Shown here piece by piece: positions 14,860-27,590 of a DNA stretch of 64,000 bases. The translations under genes and the position numbers were made by a program. Positions within the stretch are counted from its first letter, which is position 1; each line of letters begins with the position of its first letter. The notes beneath the pieces were generated by a model that saw nothing but the letters and a program-made list of their open reading frames with translations, ran no database searches and was not told the DNA's origin. The stretch is from the human T2T-CHM13v2.0 reference genome, Homo sapiens, in NCBI RefSeq assembly GCF_009914755.1, contig NC_060929.1. One strand, given 5' to 3'.

Positions 14860-16020
14860 GGCCATCACCCAGGGGATAACAGGGAGGTGAGGGCCTTCCT
14901 AGGCTGTGACCCTAGTGATGCAGGAGCAGCTCTCTTGCAGCTCTCACTGAGGCAATGTCTCCCATGACCTAAGCAGAAATGCGGAGGAATCCCATCCACA
15001 CTCCTGGAAGCCGGAGAGCCCTCTCTCCATAGGACGCATCCCTAACCCTTGGGGAGGGCCTTGAGAACAGCTGCCACAGAGGTGAGGCAAAGCTTTACCT
15101 CCACCCACTTAGGGTCCAAGCTAGGCCTGATAATTAAATTGACAGACGAACAGGACAAAAGCATGCAAATTTACCCTCAGTTTTGCATGATACAAGAGCC
15201 CTCATAAGAAAATAAAGACCCAGCTTCATCCATGTCCCTACAAAGGACATGAACTCATGATTTTTATGGCTGCATAGTATTCCACGGGGTATATGTGCCA
15301 CATTTTCTTCATCCAGTCTATCATTGTTGGACATTTGGGTTGGTTCCAAGTCTTTGAAGCTGGAAACCATCATTCTCAGCAAACTATAGCAAGGACCAAA
15401 AAACCAAATACTGCATGTTCTCACTCATAGGTGGGAATTGAACAATGAGAACACATGGACACAGGAAGAGGGACATCACACACCGGGGCCTGTTGTCGGG
15501 TAGGGGAAGCGGGGAGGGATAGCATTTGGAGATATACCTAATGTTAAATGAGGAGTTACTGGGTGCAGCACACCAACATGTCACATGTATACATATGTAA
15601 CAAACCTGCACGTTGTGCACATGTACCCTAAAACTTAGAGTATAATAAAAAAAGAAAAAGAAAAAGAAAATAAAGACCCAAAGAAATAGCAAAACCTACA
15701 TATATTAGGTCAAACAAAGGGAGGCAATCATGGAAAAGTAACTTAATTATGTGTAGAAGCTGAAGGAAGATATGAATTATCTTAACAAGGTTTGTTTGTA
15801 CAAAATTCTCTTGGCTATGACTCCCCATCAAAGAATGTTTCTTTTCTCCTGGCACAGGGAAGGAATCTTTTTCATGGCAGCTTTTATCTCCTGTTTTCAG
15901 GAAGAAAAGGGGAAGATTAGAATGCTCATCTTGCCTCTGCTGTTTTGCAAGTGTCTTTCACTTGATGTAATCCCTATGTCAAAGTGGCATATTTTGGGGT
16001 GGCATATTCTGCCAGCCTGC
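14860..16020 (-). mobile_element. Probable ERV1 MER4-group LTR (host of the L1 insertion)
   Basis: aaagacccaaagaa, aacaaggtttgtttgtaca and ggcatattttggggtggcatattctg motifs flank the L1; left boundary uncertain. Confidence 0.45.
15223..15663 (+). mobile_element. 5'-truncated, 5'-inverted L1PA insertion
   Basis: Antisense L1 to 15355, then sense L1 3'UTR from 15356 to poly(A); perfect 17-bp TSD aagaaaataaagaccca at 15206-15222 and 15664-15680. Confidence 0.95.
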
Positions 16021-17253
16021 ACCAGTTTGACCTCTTTGTCCCTCCCTCACCCTGAGCTCCATCTGAGTGCTAAGCACAAACCTCCCCTTCACTAGCTCTT
16101 TTCCCCCAAAGCAAAGCAACCCAGGCAGACAGCTGCCTATGGTCCCAGCCCGATCAGTCCCTCATACCGCCCCTGCCATGTCTGAGTCTCAAGTTCATGT
16201 ACTTTTTCCTTTTGATCTTCCTTCAATATCATAAGCTCCCCGAGGACAGATGAGCTTGTATCTTATTTGTCCACAGCACAGAGTAAGTATCACAGTTTTT
16301 CACTGACTGACAATGAATGAATAAAGGAGCAAAGGCATCTATCTAAACAGTTTCCTTGGTGACCTAGTGATTCCAGGCCAGATAGCAGAAAGCTGCCACA
16401 TTGTTTCCAAAAAGTTAGACAAGTAGAGGTTTTATTTACATGTTACCTTGTTTCTGAGCTCTCTAAATCTGTCATCTTTTATCTACAACTAGGGTTAATA
16501 TTCACTAGCCATATAGTATGAAAACCCTTATCAGATTCCAGTGGTATGACTGTTTGTGTTTTCTACTCAAATAATAAGATGATTTTTTAGAAGGCCAACC
16601 TAGGTCGCTCTTCCGTGTCCTGGGGCCCAAGCAGCAATAGAAAGCCTGGTAATCGGACACCTTTTGCCCCACAGTGTCACCCTGAATGAGTCTTTTCTTT
16701 CCGTTCTCTCTTTGCTTGGTCTTTTCCAGACTAGCTTTCCATTTCACAGCTTTGCTAAACATTCAGGTCAAGGTCAGAGCAAAGGGACTATCTCAAGGTG
16801 GAAGGAACTGAATTTAGCCACATAGGGCCTCTCCCTAATGAAAGCATTCAGCACCCAGCCAAGGAATCTATCTATCTTTAGATTCCAAAGCAGAAAAAAG
16901 GAGAAAAAAAAACTCCCTTAAGAAAAATGCCAGTTTTGCTTTGCTTCTGCTCTAAGCCAAGCCTGTTTCAGGTTCCAAGGAGGTTGCTCCTTGCAGAAGG
17001 GAACGTGCTACAGAACACATCAGAAGACCTGAATTCTATTTCTGGCACTCACTCTGATATTCTGTGACCTTATCCCCGGCTACTTGAAGAGCTTTGTCCT
17101 GCCCCCATACCCACCCTCTGCCATCCCCTTCTTATTGCAACTTTGTGTGTAAGTGTGTTAAGACTCAGGGAAATTCTCCAAAAGCTCAAACTCAAGTGAT
17201 CTTTATTACTTGGGGCCACAAGTGCCAACCAGCCTAGAGGGGTTCCTGGGAAT

Positions 17254-17683
<430 letters not shown>

Positions 17684-17929
17684 CTACCCAACATTCTAGA
17701 AATTTACTTGCATCCTCTGAGAACCATCTGTGGTACTGGCATCCGCAACCTGTTGATGCAAAAACATGAAGCTTCTAGTGAGGAGGGAACAAACCCCTCT
17801 CTTTTGGAGGTATCAGTCTTAGTGTACTTTGTGAAAAGGGAAATGATCATGTGAAATAGTAGATGGCATTTTTCTGACGCTTTGCACAAACCTTGATTTC
17901 ACATGGTGCTGTAGCTGTGTTGCTGGAAA

Positions 17930-18160
17930 CAGTATAGCCTGGAGAGGGCAAACTTTGGAAGAGACCAGCTGGGTAAAATCCTGACTCTACACTAGGTACT
18001 GTGTGGCCTTGAGCAATTTATTTAATGTCCCAGTTTCAGTTTCTTGTATACAATAGAGTTTCCAAGTGGACCTAATTAATCATGAGTGTAAACTGAGAAA
18101 ATGCCTGTACACTGCTTAGCACAGTGTCTGAACACATCAATTGCTGTATGAATGCTATTA
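17930..18160 (+). mobile_element. MIR
   Basis: actgtgtggccttgagcaatttatttaat...cagtttc...cttagcacagtgtctg. Confidence 0.65.
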
Positions 18161-18322
18161 GCAATAATATACATTATTAATAGTTATTAATAAATAGCAC
18201 TTTAATTCATATTAAAATTAAATATTTTAATTAATAACTATTAAAATTAATGAATATTATTAATATTAACACTACATTATTATATTATCTGTTAATAGAT
18301 AACATTATAAATAATATTAATA
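18160..18322. repeat. AT-rich low-complexity tract
   Basis: Almost entirely A/T with recurring tattaata motifs. Confidence 0.85.
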
Positions 18323-18326
18323 GTCC

Positions 18327-18610
18327 AGCCAGGCACGTTGGCTCATGCCTGTAATCCCAGCACTTTAGGAGGCCGAGGCGGGTAGATCACTTGAGGCTAG
18401 GAGTTTGAGACCAGCCTGGCCAATATGGCAAAACCCCATCTTTACTAAAAATACACAAACTAGTTGGGCATGGTGGTGCACACCTGTAGTCCCACCTACT
18501 TGGGAGGCTGAGTACGAGAATTGCTTGAACCCAGAAGGTGGAGGTCACAGTGCCCCGAGATCACACCACTGCACTCCAGCTCCACAGAGTGAAACTCTGT
18601 CTCAAAAAAA
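18327..18610 (+). mobile_element. Alu (diverged AluS-type)
   Basis: gccaggcacgttggctcatgcctgtaatcccagcac...ctgtctcaaaaaaa. Confidence 0.92.
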
Positions 18611-19109
18611 CCTTAATAATAATAATAATAAGGCTTATAAAAAATAACCTAGGGAATTCATTAATGATGAGCAAATGGAAGTGATTCAAATAACCCTTTT
18701 GTGGCCCTAAAATATCCTGATAGGTAGCTATTTTAGCACGTGTAACATTCCATTGTATTCTTTATTTCTTTATATCTCCACTATTCCAAAGCCTCTCCAG
18801 GGCAGGGAATTCTCTCTTTTACTGTAATGTCACAAAGTCTCCTCTATTACCTGTCCTATATAAATGTTGTTGAGTAAATGAAAAGTGAAGCCATAAATTA
18901 ATGAGTGAAGGAGTAAGCAAGTAAACAAATACTCATTTGAAGGGAATATTTTTTGCATTAAACCAAAACAACTGTATCTTATACAAACTATTTCTAAAAA
19001 GATAGCATTTTCCTTATTTATTATGAACTATTGCCAACTTCCCTTCCCCTGTCTCTGAGAAATGCAAAGTCCCTGATTTAGAGTAATTTCTCAAGAGTTG
19101 TTTAGGGGT

Positions 19110-19488
19110 TGTCTTAGTCAGCTCAGGCTGCTATAACAGAATATATATTGTAGGCTGGATGGCTTCAACAACAGACATTTATTTCTCCCAGTTCTGCAGG
19201 CTGGGAAGTCCAGGAGCAAGGTGCCAGCAGATTCTGTTCCCGATGAGGGCCTTGGTCCTGGCTTGCAGATAGCTACCTTCTTGCTGCGTCCTCATGCAGG
19301 TGAAGGGAGAAAAGGCTCTAGTTTTGCTTTCTCTTCTTATAGAGACTAATCTCATCACGGAGCCCCACCCTCATGCCATCATCTAAACCTAATTACTCTC
19401 CAAAGACCCCCCTCTAAATTCCATCACATTGAAGGTTAGATTTTCAATATCTGAATCTTGGGAGGATGCAAACATTCAGTCCTTAGCA
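19110..19488 (-). mobile_element. MLT1A-type MaLR solo LTR
   Basis: tgtcttagtcagctcaggctgctataaca...ggctgggaagtccaggagcaaggtgccagcagatt...aacattcagtccttagca. Confidence 0.85.
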
Positions 19489-19958
19489 GGTGCTGGAAGT
19501 ATTAACACAGTGCCCAAAAACGATAGAATATTTTTGGTAGGATGAATCCACTTTCAACCCTGGAAGCCAGGCATTTCAGAGTGGAAAAGAAAAGAGAAGC
19601 AATAACTGCACAAATAAGCATCTTATTAAGGAAATCACTAGGTTTTTGAGGGCTGCACATTCTATGCTTTCTAAAGGATGATGTCTCAGCAGGCGGAACG
19701 AAGCTAATCTTGCCTGGCTGCACTCTTCTGTTCTGGCAGGGGGCTGGTGCCGCTCCCTGCAGATGCCCACGATGCCAGGCAGCCTGGTTTAGTTTGTGGA
19801 ACGTGCTCTAATCCGTCAGCACAGCCACAGTAGATACTCTGAAAACTAAGAGAATCACCTTCAGCAGCTTATCGACTAACCACAGGCCCTTATCTCAAAT
19901 GGGAACTGATTCAAACCGTTATTCAAGCTTATTCAAATGAATTTGAGAGTCTACTAAC

Positions 19959-20110
19959 AGCCCTGGCTACATAATTTGCCGGGTGCAGTTCAAACTGAAA
20001 ATGCAGGGTCCTTTTCAAAAATTATTAAGCATGTCAACATGGTGTCAGTAGAGCATCCAACTAAGCACACGTCGGCTTCTGAGCACAGGTCACAGGCCCA
20101 AAAACCCAGC
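19959..20110. mobile_element. hAT-Tip100-like DNA transposon fragment
   Basis: ctggctacataatttgc...gaaaatgcagggtccttttcaaaaattattaag. Confidence 0.45.
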
Positions 20111-20739
20111 CATGCCAAGCAATGACTATCCAATAAGTCAAACACCAGGAAACCCCAACCCCTCCACAGCCCTGCGGCTGCTGCAGCAGAAAAACAAAAA
20201 CAAAACAGACACTCAACACCATCAGCATCAGCTCTTCCCAAACCACCAGCCTTCCTCAGAACCTCCCTCATTTGACCTGTTTTAACTCGTGTTCCCTCGA
20301 CCTTCAAATTTTCAGTGTCCACAAAGCAGATCAAGGCTATCACAAAACAAAACAAACACCAAAAAGCCAACCCACTGGATCTAGAGACCTACGGACTTGC
20401 CCTCCTGATACTTGCAGCTGGTGTTTAAGGACGTGCCTGCCTTGGGCGATGGGCGGGTAGAAACCTCACACACCAAAGCCCATCGAGCTAAACTCAAGGT
20501 TGCGAACCCCAACCCCGGTGGGAACACGGTCTGCAGACACGCTCCCTTAAGTCCCTGTCGCACACAATAAATTGCTTTCTGAATATTCCCTTTACAACTG
20601 CAAAAAATAGAAATGGCTGTAACTGTGCAGAGAAAGAAAAGAGAAGCTGGGATGAGCTCCATCAGGGGCCGAATCTGCTTCTCGCTGGTGGATACTGTGA
20701 TAAGAAACCTAGATCTGAACGGCCTCACAATGGCCTATT

Positions 20740-21380
20740 TATCCGGCTCTTACGCACGGCCGGCAGCCCCGGCTGGGAATCACGGGGGTGGCAGCCGTCC
20801 CCGGAAAACGGCGGCATTCCGACACAGGAAAGCCCGCGGATCAACTGATCTGCAGACAACGCTTCTTCCTTCCTGGGAAGCGGCCACAAAGGCAGCCAGC
20901 TGACCCCGGCCCAGCGCGGCTCCCGGCCGAGGAGGACAGGGGCGGGGTGGGGAGGGGGGGAATCGTCGCCCGCCCCGCCCCCACCCCCCAAGTTTCCTTT
21001 GGCAAAAGCATCCCAGGCGTGGTTCAGGCAGAGTCCACGCCAGCGAGGCTGGGGCCGAAACTCTCCACGCCAGGAAGGCGGGGTAGGCGGACCCGCCGCC
21101 CCCAGCCCCGCGCGCCCGCCGCGCCCCCCACGGCCCCCACCAGCTGGCTCTTCCGGCCGGGGCGGCCTTGGCCTGGGGCTGGGGTTGACTTTGGTGGGGG
21201 GACAGGAAGGACTGGCACAGCGCCCGCGACTGTCCCCTGAGGAGGACCCTCCCTACGACTTTTGGTCAAAAGCAAAAAGAAACACAGACATGTGCGTCAC
21301 CCCGGGAAGCGCGCGGGGGTTTCGCTCGCGTTTCAGGAGCCGACTTCGCATCCTCCCTCGGTAGGGGGGTCGGGGGTTCC
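20740..21380. promoter_or_regulatory. CpG island / TATA-less promoter (possibly of lncRNA LINC01948, recalled and unverified)
   Basis: Sharp rise in GC and CpG, not repeat-derived; Sp1/KLF GC boxes ggggcgggg (20939-20947) and ccccgccccc (~20973-20982); GC-rich shoulders extend to ~20400 and ~21830. Confidence 0.85.
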
Positions 21381-22605
21381 TAAAATTTACCCCCCAACTT
21401 CACTTCTCTGGCGACAGAGCACCTTAACAGTTCATTTCCCTCTCGCTCTCAAGTGAAAACATCTTATTTTTGTGTTAAAATGTATAAAGACACCATGAGA
21501 ATTGGCAGGAGGTCAAACCGTAGATTCTGAGATGCTCCGGTCGCTCCCCAGGAAGCGCTGTTTTCGGAAGTGTTGACCCAGCAGCTGGTCCCTGCTGCTC
21601 TAATGACACGATGTGTGCTTTCACTTTTTCACTCCCAAAACGACGTGGTTTGGAGTCTTGAGAGCCTTGGAAATCGCTGCCCGTGGAGGGAAAGGTCTGG
21701 AGAGGCCAGGCCAGGAGAGCAGACATGCTGCAAGAAGCGGAGGCAGCCCTGTGAACTCGCCTGGCTCCGCAGGGAGGGGCGAGGCTGTCCAGGTCGCAGG
21801 TGGAGCTGGCCAGCTGCGAGCCAGGATGTCCTTGCTCTTTCCAAATTATACACAGTTTCCACAAGGAAAAAAGAGAGGGGTAGGGGGTCCAGGCAGATCT
21901 TCAGCTGTTTGTATACTCTGCACCAGGAGGCGCTATCATCAGCCCGGACCCCTACTCCACAGGACTGAGGAGACCACAATTCTTCCCTCCAGGCAGAATC
22001 GTGGACCCAATATTCCCGTCTCCCCGAATTCTCTTAACTCAGTATACTGCCATTAACAGCATAGTCAGCCTTCTGGACTTGAACTCCAGAAGGAATTTTG
22101 TCTCATTTAGTGCCTGCAGGGGAGCAGGATGAGATAGTACCTCTTGTACCGGCACAAGGTCTCTGAGTTGACTCTTACATAAACATTGCGCTGTTTCTAG
22201 GGACGGCATCATTTCTTGACCTAGAGAAACAAAGATATTGTGGGAAGGACCCCTGATGCTCAGTGGCAGTTTGGAGACCTGGCATTAGCCTTACTCAGTA
22301 AGGCTTCCTGATCTAGCAGGACTGATCCAGTCAGCTTTGATGATCCCCTAGCCTGGTACTGGGATTCTTCCAAACACCCATGAGATCACCCACATCTCAC
22401 AGGGGCTGGTAGTGTTCCAGCAGAGAAAGGTGAGGGTAGCAAGCAGTAGTCACTTTGGGCCTGAAATGAACATCTTGGGGTTTTTATATCTGCCCACCCA
22501 CTATGGGACATTATTGTCCCTTCCTCTTTGCTACAGTGTTTCCAGAAAATGAGAAGTAGCATCTTCTTAGAAATAGATTGGGTACCCTGTCTTAGACCTA
22601 GTTCC

Positions 22606-22875
<270 letters not shown>

Positions 22876-22939
22876 CAGTTACTTTTATTATAGTTCTAGA
22901 TAACATAGAAAAGAACATGGAAAGCAGCTATGCAAGCAA

Positions 22940-23802
22940 AACACAAACACAAACAACCCTGTTAAAAAGTGGGCAAAAGACATGAACAGACACTTCTCAA
23001 AAGAAGACATGCAAGCAGCCAACAAATGTGAAAAGATGCTCAGCATTGCTGATTATCAGAGAAATGCAAATCAAAACCACGATGAGATCTCACACCACTC
23101 AGAATGACTATTATTAAAAAGTCAAAAAAACAACAGATGCTGGCAAGGCTGTGGAGAAAAGGGAACACATATACATTGCTGGCATTGCTGGTGGGAATGT
23201 AAATTAATTCAGCCACTGGGGAAAGTAGTTTGGAGATTTCTCAAATAAAACAAAACTACCATTCGACCCAGCAGCAATCCCATTACTGGTACATATCTAA
23301 ATGAAAAGAAATCGTTTTACCAAAAAGACATTCATTTTTATGTGCTTCACAGCATTATTCACAATAGCAAAGACATTGACTCAGCCTAGGTGTCCGTCAA
23401 TGGAAGACTGGTACATATACACCATGGAATACTATGCAGCAATAAAAAAGAAGGAAATCATGTCCTTTGTAGCAACATGGATGCAGCTGGAAGCCACTAT
23501 TCTAAGCAAATTAATGCAGGAGCAGAAAAACCAAACAGTGCATGTTCTCACTTATATATGGGAGCTACATATTAGGTACACATAGACATAAAGATGGCAA
23601 CAATAGACACTGGGGGATACTAGAGGGAAGCAAGGGTTGAAAAATAACTATTGGCTACTATGCTCACTGCCTGGGTAACAGGATCATTTTACCCCAGACC
23701 TCAGCATCACATGTATATCACACAATATACCCATGTAACAAATCTGCACATGTACCCCTGAATCTAAAATAAAAGTTGAAATTATATATTTAAAAAAAAA
23801 AA
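22940..23802 (+). mobile_element. L1 3' fragment (L1PA16/17-like): ORF2 end plus 3'UTR
   Basis: aaaaagtgggcaaaagacatgaacagacacttctcaaaagaagac...ctgaatctaaaataaaagttgaaa; ORF 23301-23585 translates to L1 ORF2 C-terminus-like YTMEYYAAIKK. Confidence 0.92.
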
Positions 23803-24769
23803 CAGGACAGAACATGAACTATGGTGACTATTTTCAAAGGAGGGAGACTTTGCATTTGCCAGGGTTCAGGTTTTATAATATATTCTTGATATCAATATAT
23901 TTTAAAAGATATCTGGGTGAAGTTTAAAAATCCCCTGAACACACATTTAATAAGCTATCTCCGAAACCTATTGAGAAAGGCTGTTCTTTGCCTGCCCAGA
24001 CTCTGCCTCTTCCATTCTGACTGTCCTCACAGCCAATGGGACAACCCGTAAGAATAATGAGCTCTGGCCACCCAGCCCCATCCATGGTCAATGCCTCTTG
24101 CGGAACCCATTGTCTTTGCCTTATAGGATTGCAGACCTGGCCTCCGACTCCTAATGGCTTGCTCTATTTCCTGCTTGCACTCTGCCTCTCTCCATCTAAT
24201 GGCGGAGCCTCCCTGGCTCCAACCCCCTGTGCTTTCCCTTAATGTCCTGCTCTTCCAGACACTCCAGTAACTTCCTTGCCCAACCTGTTGGCTTCCATGG
24301 CAAGTGCTCCTGGAAAACCTGATCGGCCCCTGCTCCTCTAAAGGGGTTCTGACACACGCTCCCCTTCAAGTTGCTATAGGACATCAGACACCAAGATTGT
24401 GGGCAATTACTACCATAAATAAATGCACAAGAATACCACGGTTCTGTTTGAAGAAAGTGATTAGGATTCAAGACCGTCTACACATAACGGTCTATATAAT
24501 GGCTTCTTGCTTAGACTTGGTCACTTCCAGAGTCTTCTGTCCACCTCTCTCCCATCCCCCTCCTGCTTCCCCATTAGTTTAGTAAAATGTGCTTTGCAGA
24601 GAGCCCAGTTAGTGCCTTCCTACAACTGAGGATTAATGAGGCAGCAGAGAGGTCCAGGCCCCCACTTATTGTCCCTCCCATCCACTGGGCAGTTCCTCCA
24701 CTCCACTGAGTCAGGAAGGAGAAAATTCTAACCACCAGGACTATTTTTTTTTTTTAACATCAAAGTCCT

Positions 24770-25135
24770 GCTGAATGTAAAATGGTACCATTACTATGGA
24801 AAACAGTTTGGTGGTTCCTCAAAATGCTGAACATTGAATTACCATATGACCCTGAAATTCCACTCCTAGGTATATGCCCAAAAGAACTGAAAACATATTT
24901 AAACAAAAATCTGTACATCAATATTCATAACAGCACTGTTCACAGTAGCCAAAAAGTGGAAACAGCTCAATTGTCCATCAATGAGTGAATGGATTAATAA
25001 AATGTATGTACATACAATGGAATAGTATTCAGCCATGAAGAGGAATGAAGTATTGATACAAACTATAATCCAACATATATTATATATAAAATACAACATA
25101 AATGAACCTACAAAACATTAAGGTAAGTGAAAGAG
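24770..25135 (+). mobile_element. L1M fragment
   Basis: tggaaaacagtttggtggttcctcaaaatgctgaacattgaattaccatatgacc; ORF LWKTVWWFLK..ELPYDPEIPLLG is ORF2-like. Confidence 0.85.
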
Positions 25136-25499
25136 GCTAACTAGTTGATCATAATAATGATGATAATGAGAATGATAACTTATGATAGTGAAGATGACTA
25201 TGATGATGGAAGAAAGAGGCTTAAAGGGGGTCCCACAAGTCTAGACAATATAGCATCCCTAGATTCCCTGGAGCAGGACAATATTTCTGAGCAATCCTAA
25301 GCCTTGAGCCACTTTGACCCCACTGTTGGTGCAGCCTTGCCCAGATCAGGGTTGGTAAGTAACAGAATCCAAGTTTGTCCAGTATCAGAGCCAACAATAA
25401 TTCAACTGCACCTCAGGCTCCCTAAAATGGCAGTAAAGTTTTACAATTATAGCTCTGGGATCACAGAACTTCTTAGACATATATATATAATGAGAACAT

Positions 25500-25700
25500 T
25501 CACTAATACTGAGTGCTTCGTATATACCTGGCACTGTTCTATGTGATTTATATATGTTAAGTTGTTAATTCCCACTGAAGTCTTGTGAACTAGGCATTGT
25601 TATTAGTCTCATTTCATAGATGAAGAAACTGAGGAACAGAGAGATAACATTTGTGTCCAAGACCTTATAGCTGTCAGGCAGCAGCGTCTGGATTGACACC
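25500..25700 (-). mobile_element. MIR
   Basis: ctcatttcatagatgaagaaactgaggaacagagag. Confidence 0.7.
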
Positions 25701-26783
25701 CAGAGAGAAGGCTGCCACCAGGCCTCTGAAAGAGCTTACTGGGCAGGCACCTGCGTGATTACTTCTGGCTCTTCTCCTCCCTTGTAGAATCCCAACATGC
25801 TTCTCTTTTGTTCTTTCAGGGAGACCATGTCCTCCAACATCTGGCCCGGCTACCTTTGGCACCAAAACTGTATACATACCCTAGAGCAGAGACTTACTGA
25901 GTTTCCTTGATGGTATTTTTGTGCTGTTTCCTACATCAGGATATAAATACAACAAAACAATAGCTTGTCTTTTCATTTGCCTTTGCTGTTGTCTGTGCGA
26001 TGAGCTCTGGGTGAAAGGACACTGGGACAGTATACAAATAGCTTTGGCTCTGAAGGTAAAGGCTTTTCTTTGCCACTGCAGGAAGTTCAAAAGAGATTTG
26101 TTCTTTTTTTGGGGACTGGGTGAGAGAGACTGATTCACGATTTTATTTTATTAGCGAGTTCAAGAGGCCTGGGATATTCATCTTGCAATGCTGTTTTGCA
26201 TTTGTCTTTCTCCTTCATTCTCCAGAAAACCAGTAACACTAGGCTATAAAGCCATGAAGCTTCCCAGTTGGTGAATTCGGGGTGCTGGGGACCTAGATAG
26301 GGAAGAAGTTACTAGTCTGAAGAGGGCCTAGATGTGGCTTCAGTAATACCTACTCTAATACTTTCCCCTCCCCATTTTACAGATGAGGGAATTCAGTCCC
26401 AAATGGCAAAGAGACAGTTACCTTCCTAGGTCGGTAGTAGATGCAGAACTTAAGCCCTGGCCAGTCCCCTAGTTCTATATTCAAAGTTTTTCCCTGCCAT
26501 GGAACCTTCCTCTCCACTGCCCCTGAAAGAAGTAGAGCACTGTTAGAAGAGTCAATGGATGCCAGGCCTGGCAGAGGTCAGGCTGACAGCAGATGTCAGA
26601 GGTGGTAGAAGCCAGAAGGGCCAGGGACAAAGTTTAAGGCTGTGGTCATAAAGCAGAATGTCTAGTCTCTGCACTGATGGGTCCCAATTTCAGAGACAGG
26701 TGGAGTGGTTCAAAAATCTCAATTGCTTATTAAGAGAATAATTGCTCTGGAAGTCATCATGCAAGGTGGCTGAAATGGGGGAG

Positions 26784-27152
26784 TGTATTAATCCATTCTC
26801 ACACTGCTAATAAAGACTTACCCAAGACTGGGTAATTTATAGAGGAAAGAGATTTAATTGACTCACAGTTCAGCATGGTTGGGGAAGCCTCAGGAAACTT
26901 ACGATCATGGTGGGAGGGGAAACAAACATGTTCTTCTTCACATGGTGGCAGCAAGGAGAAGAGCTGAGCACAAAGGGGGAAAGCTGCTTATAAAACCATC
27001 AGATCTCATGAGACATTCAGTATCACAAGAACAGCATGAGGGTAACCACCCCCATGATCCCACTGAATCCCTCCCATGACACATGGGGATTACGATTATG
27101 GGAACTACAACTCAAGATGAGATTTGGGTGGGGACAAAGCCAAACCATATTA
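26784..27152 (-). mobile_element. THE1 (THE1C/D-like) MaLR solo LTR
   Basis: tgtattaatccattctcacactgctaataaagac...gatttgggtggggacaaagccaaaccatatta; near-TSD gggag/gagag. Confidence 0.92.
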
Positions 27153-27590
27153 GAGAGTATGATGTTCCTTCACTGGGAACCAGTGGTATTTCTGGTACTA
27201 TGCAGGGAATTTCAGTGTATTATCTCATTTAATTCCCAGAACAACTCCATCATGTAAGTTTTATTAAACTCTTTTCACAGCTGAGGAGACTAAGGCTGAG
27301 AGAGGTCTCACAGCCAAAAAATATCAGGACAAACATATGATTATGAGTTCATTTGACTTTAAAGTTAGGAGGCTCTCCATTAAGCCATATGGCCCAAAAT
27401 AAGACTGGGGTCTCTTATCTCAGAACTTTGGACTTCCGCCACGGACTTTTCCTTCCAAAAGAAATTTTTAAATTGCTATTGATATATTATCCATTTTTCT
27501 TAGATTTAGTCCCAATAGGACTAGTGGGAAGTTGGAAAATTCCTATGGGATGGTGTGGCTCTTCCTCTGACCTTGTTTAAGACACGCTAG

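Noticed and set aside
20725-22056. Overlapping ORFs of 80-150 aa across the CpG island
   Set aside because: Pro/Arg/Gly-rich, present in several frames and on both strands; expected from stop-codon scarcity in GC-rich DNA; no recognisable domain
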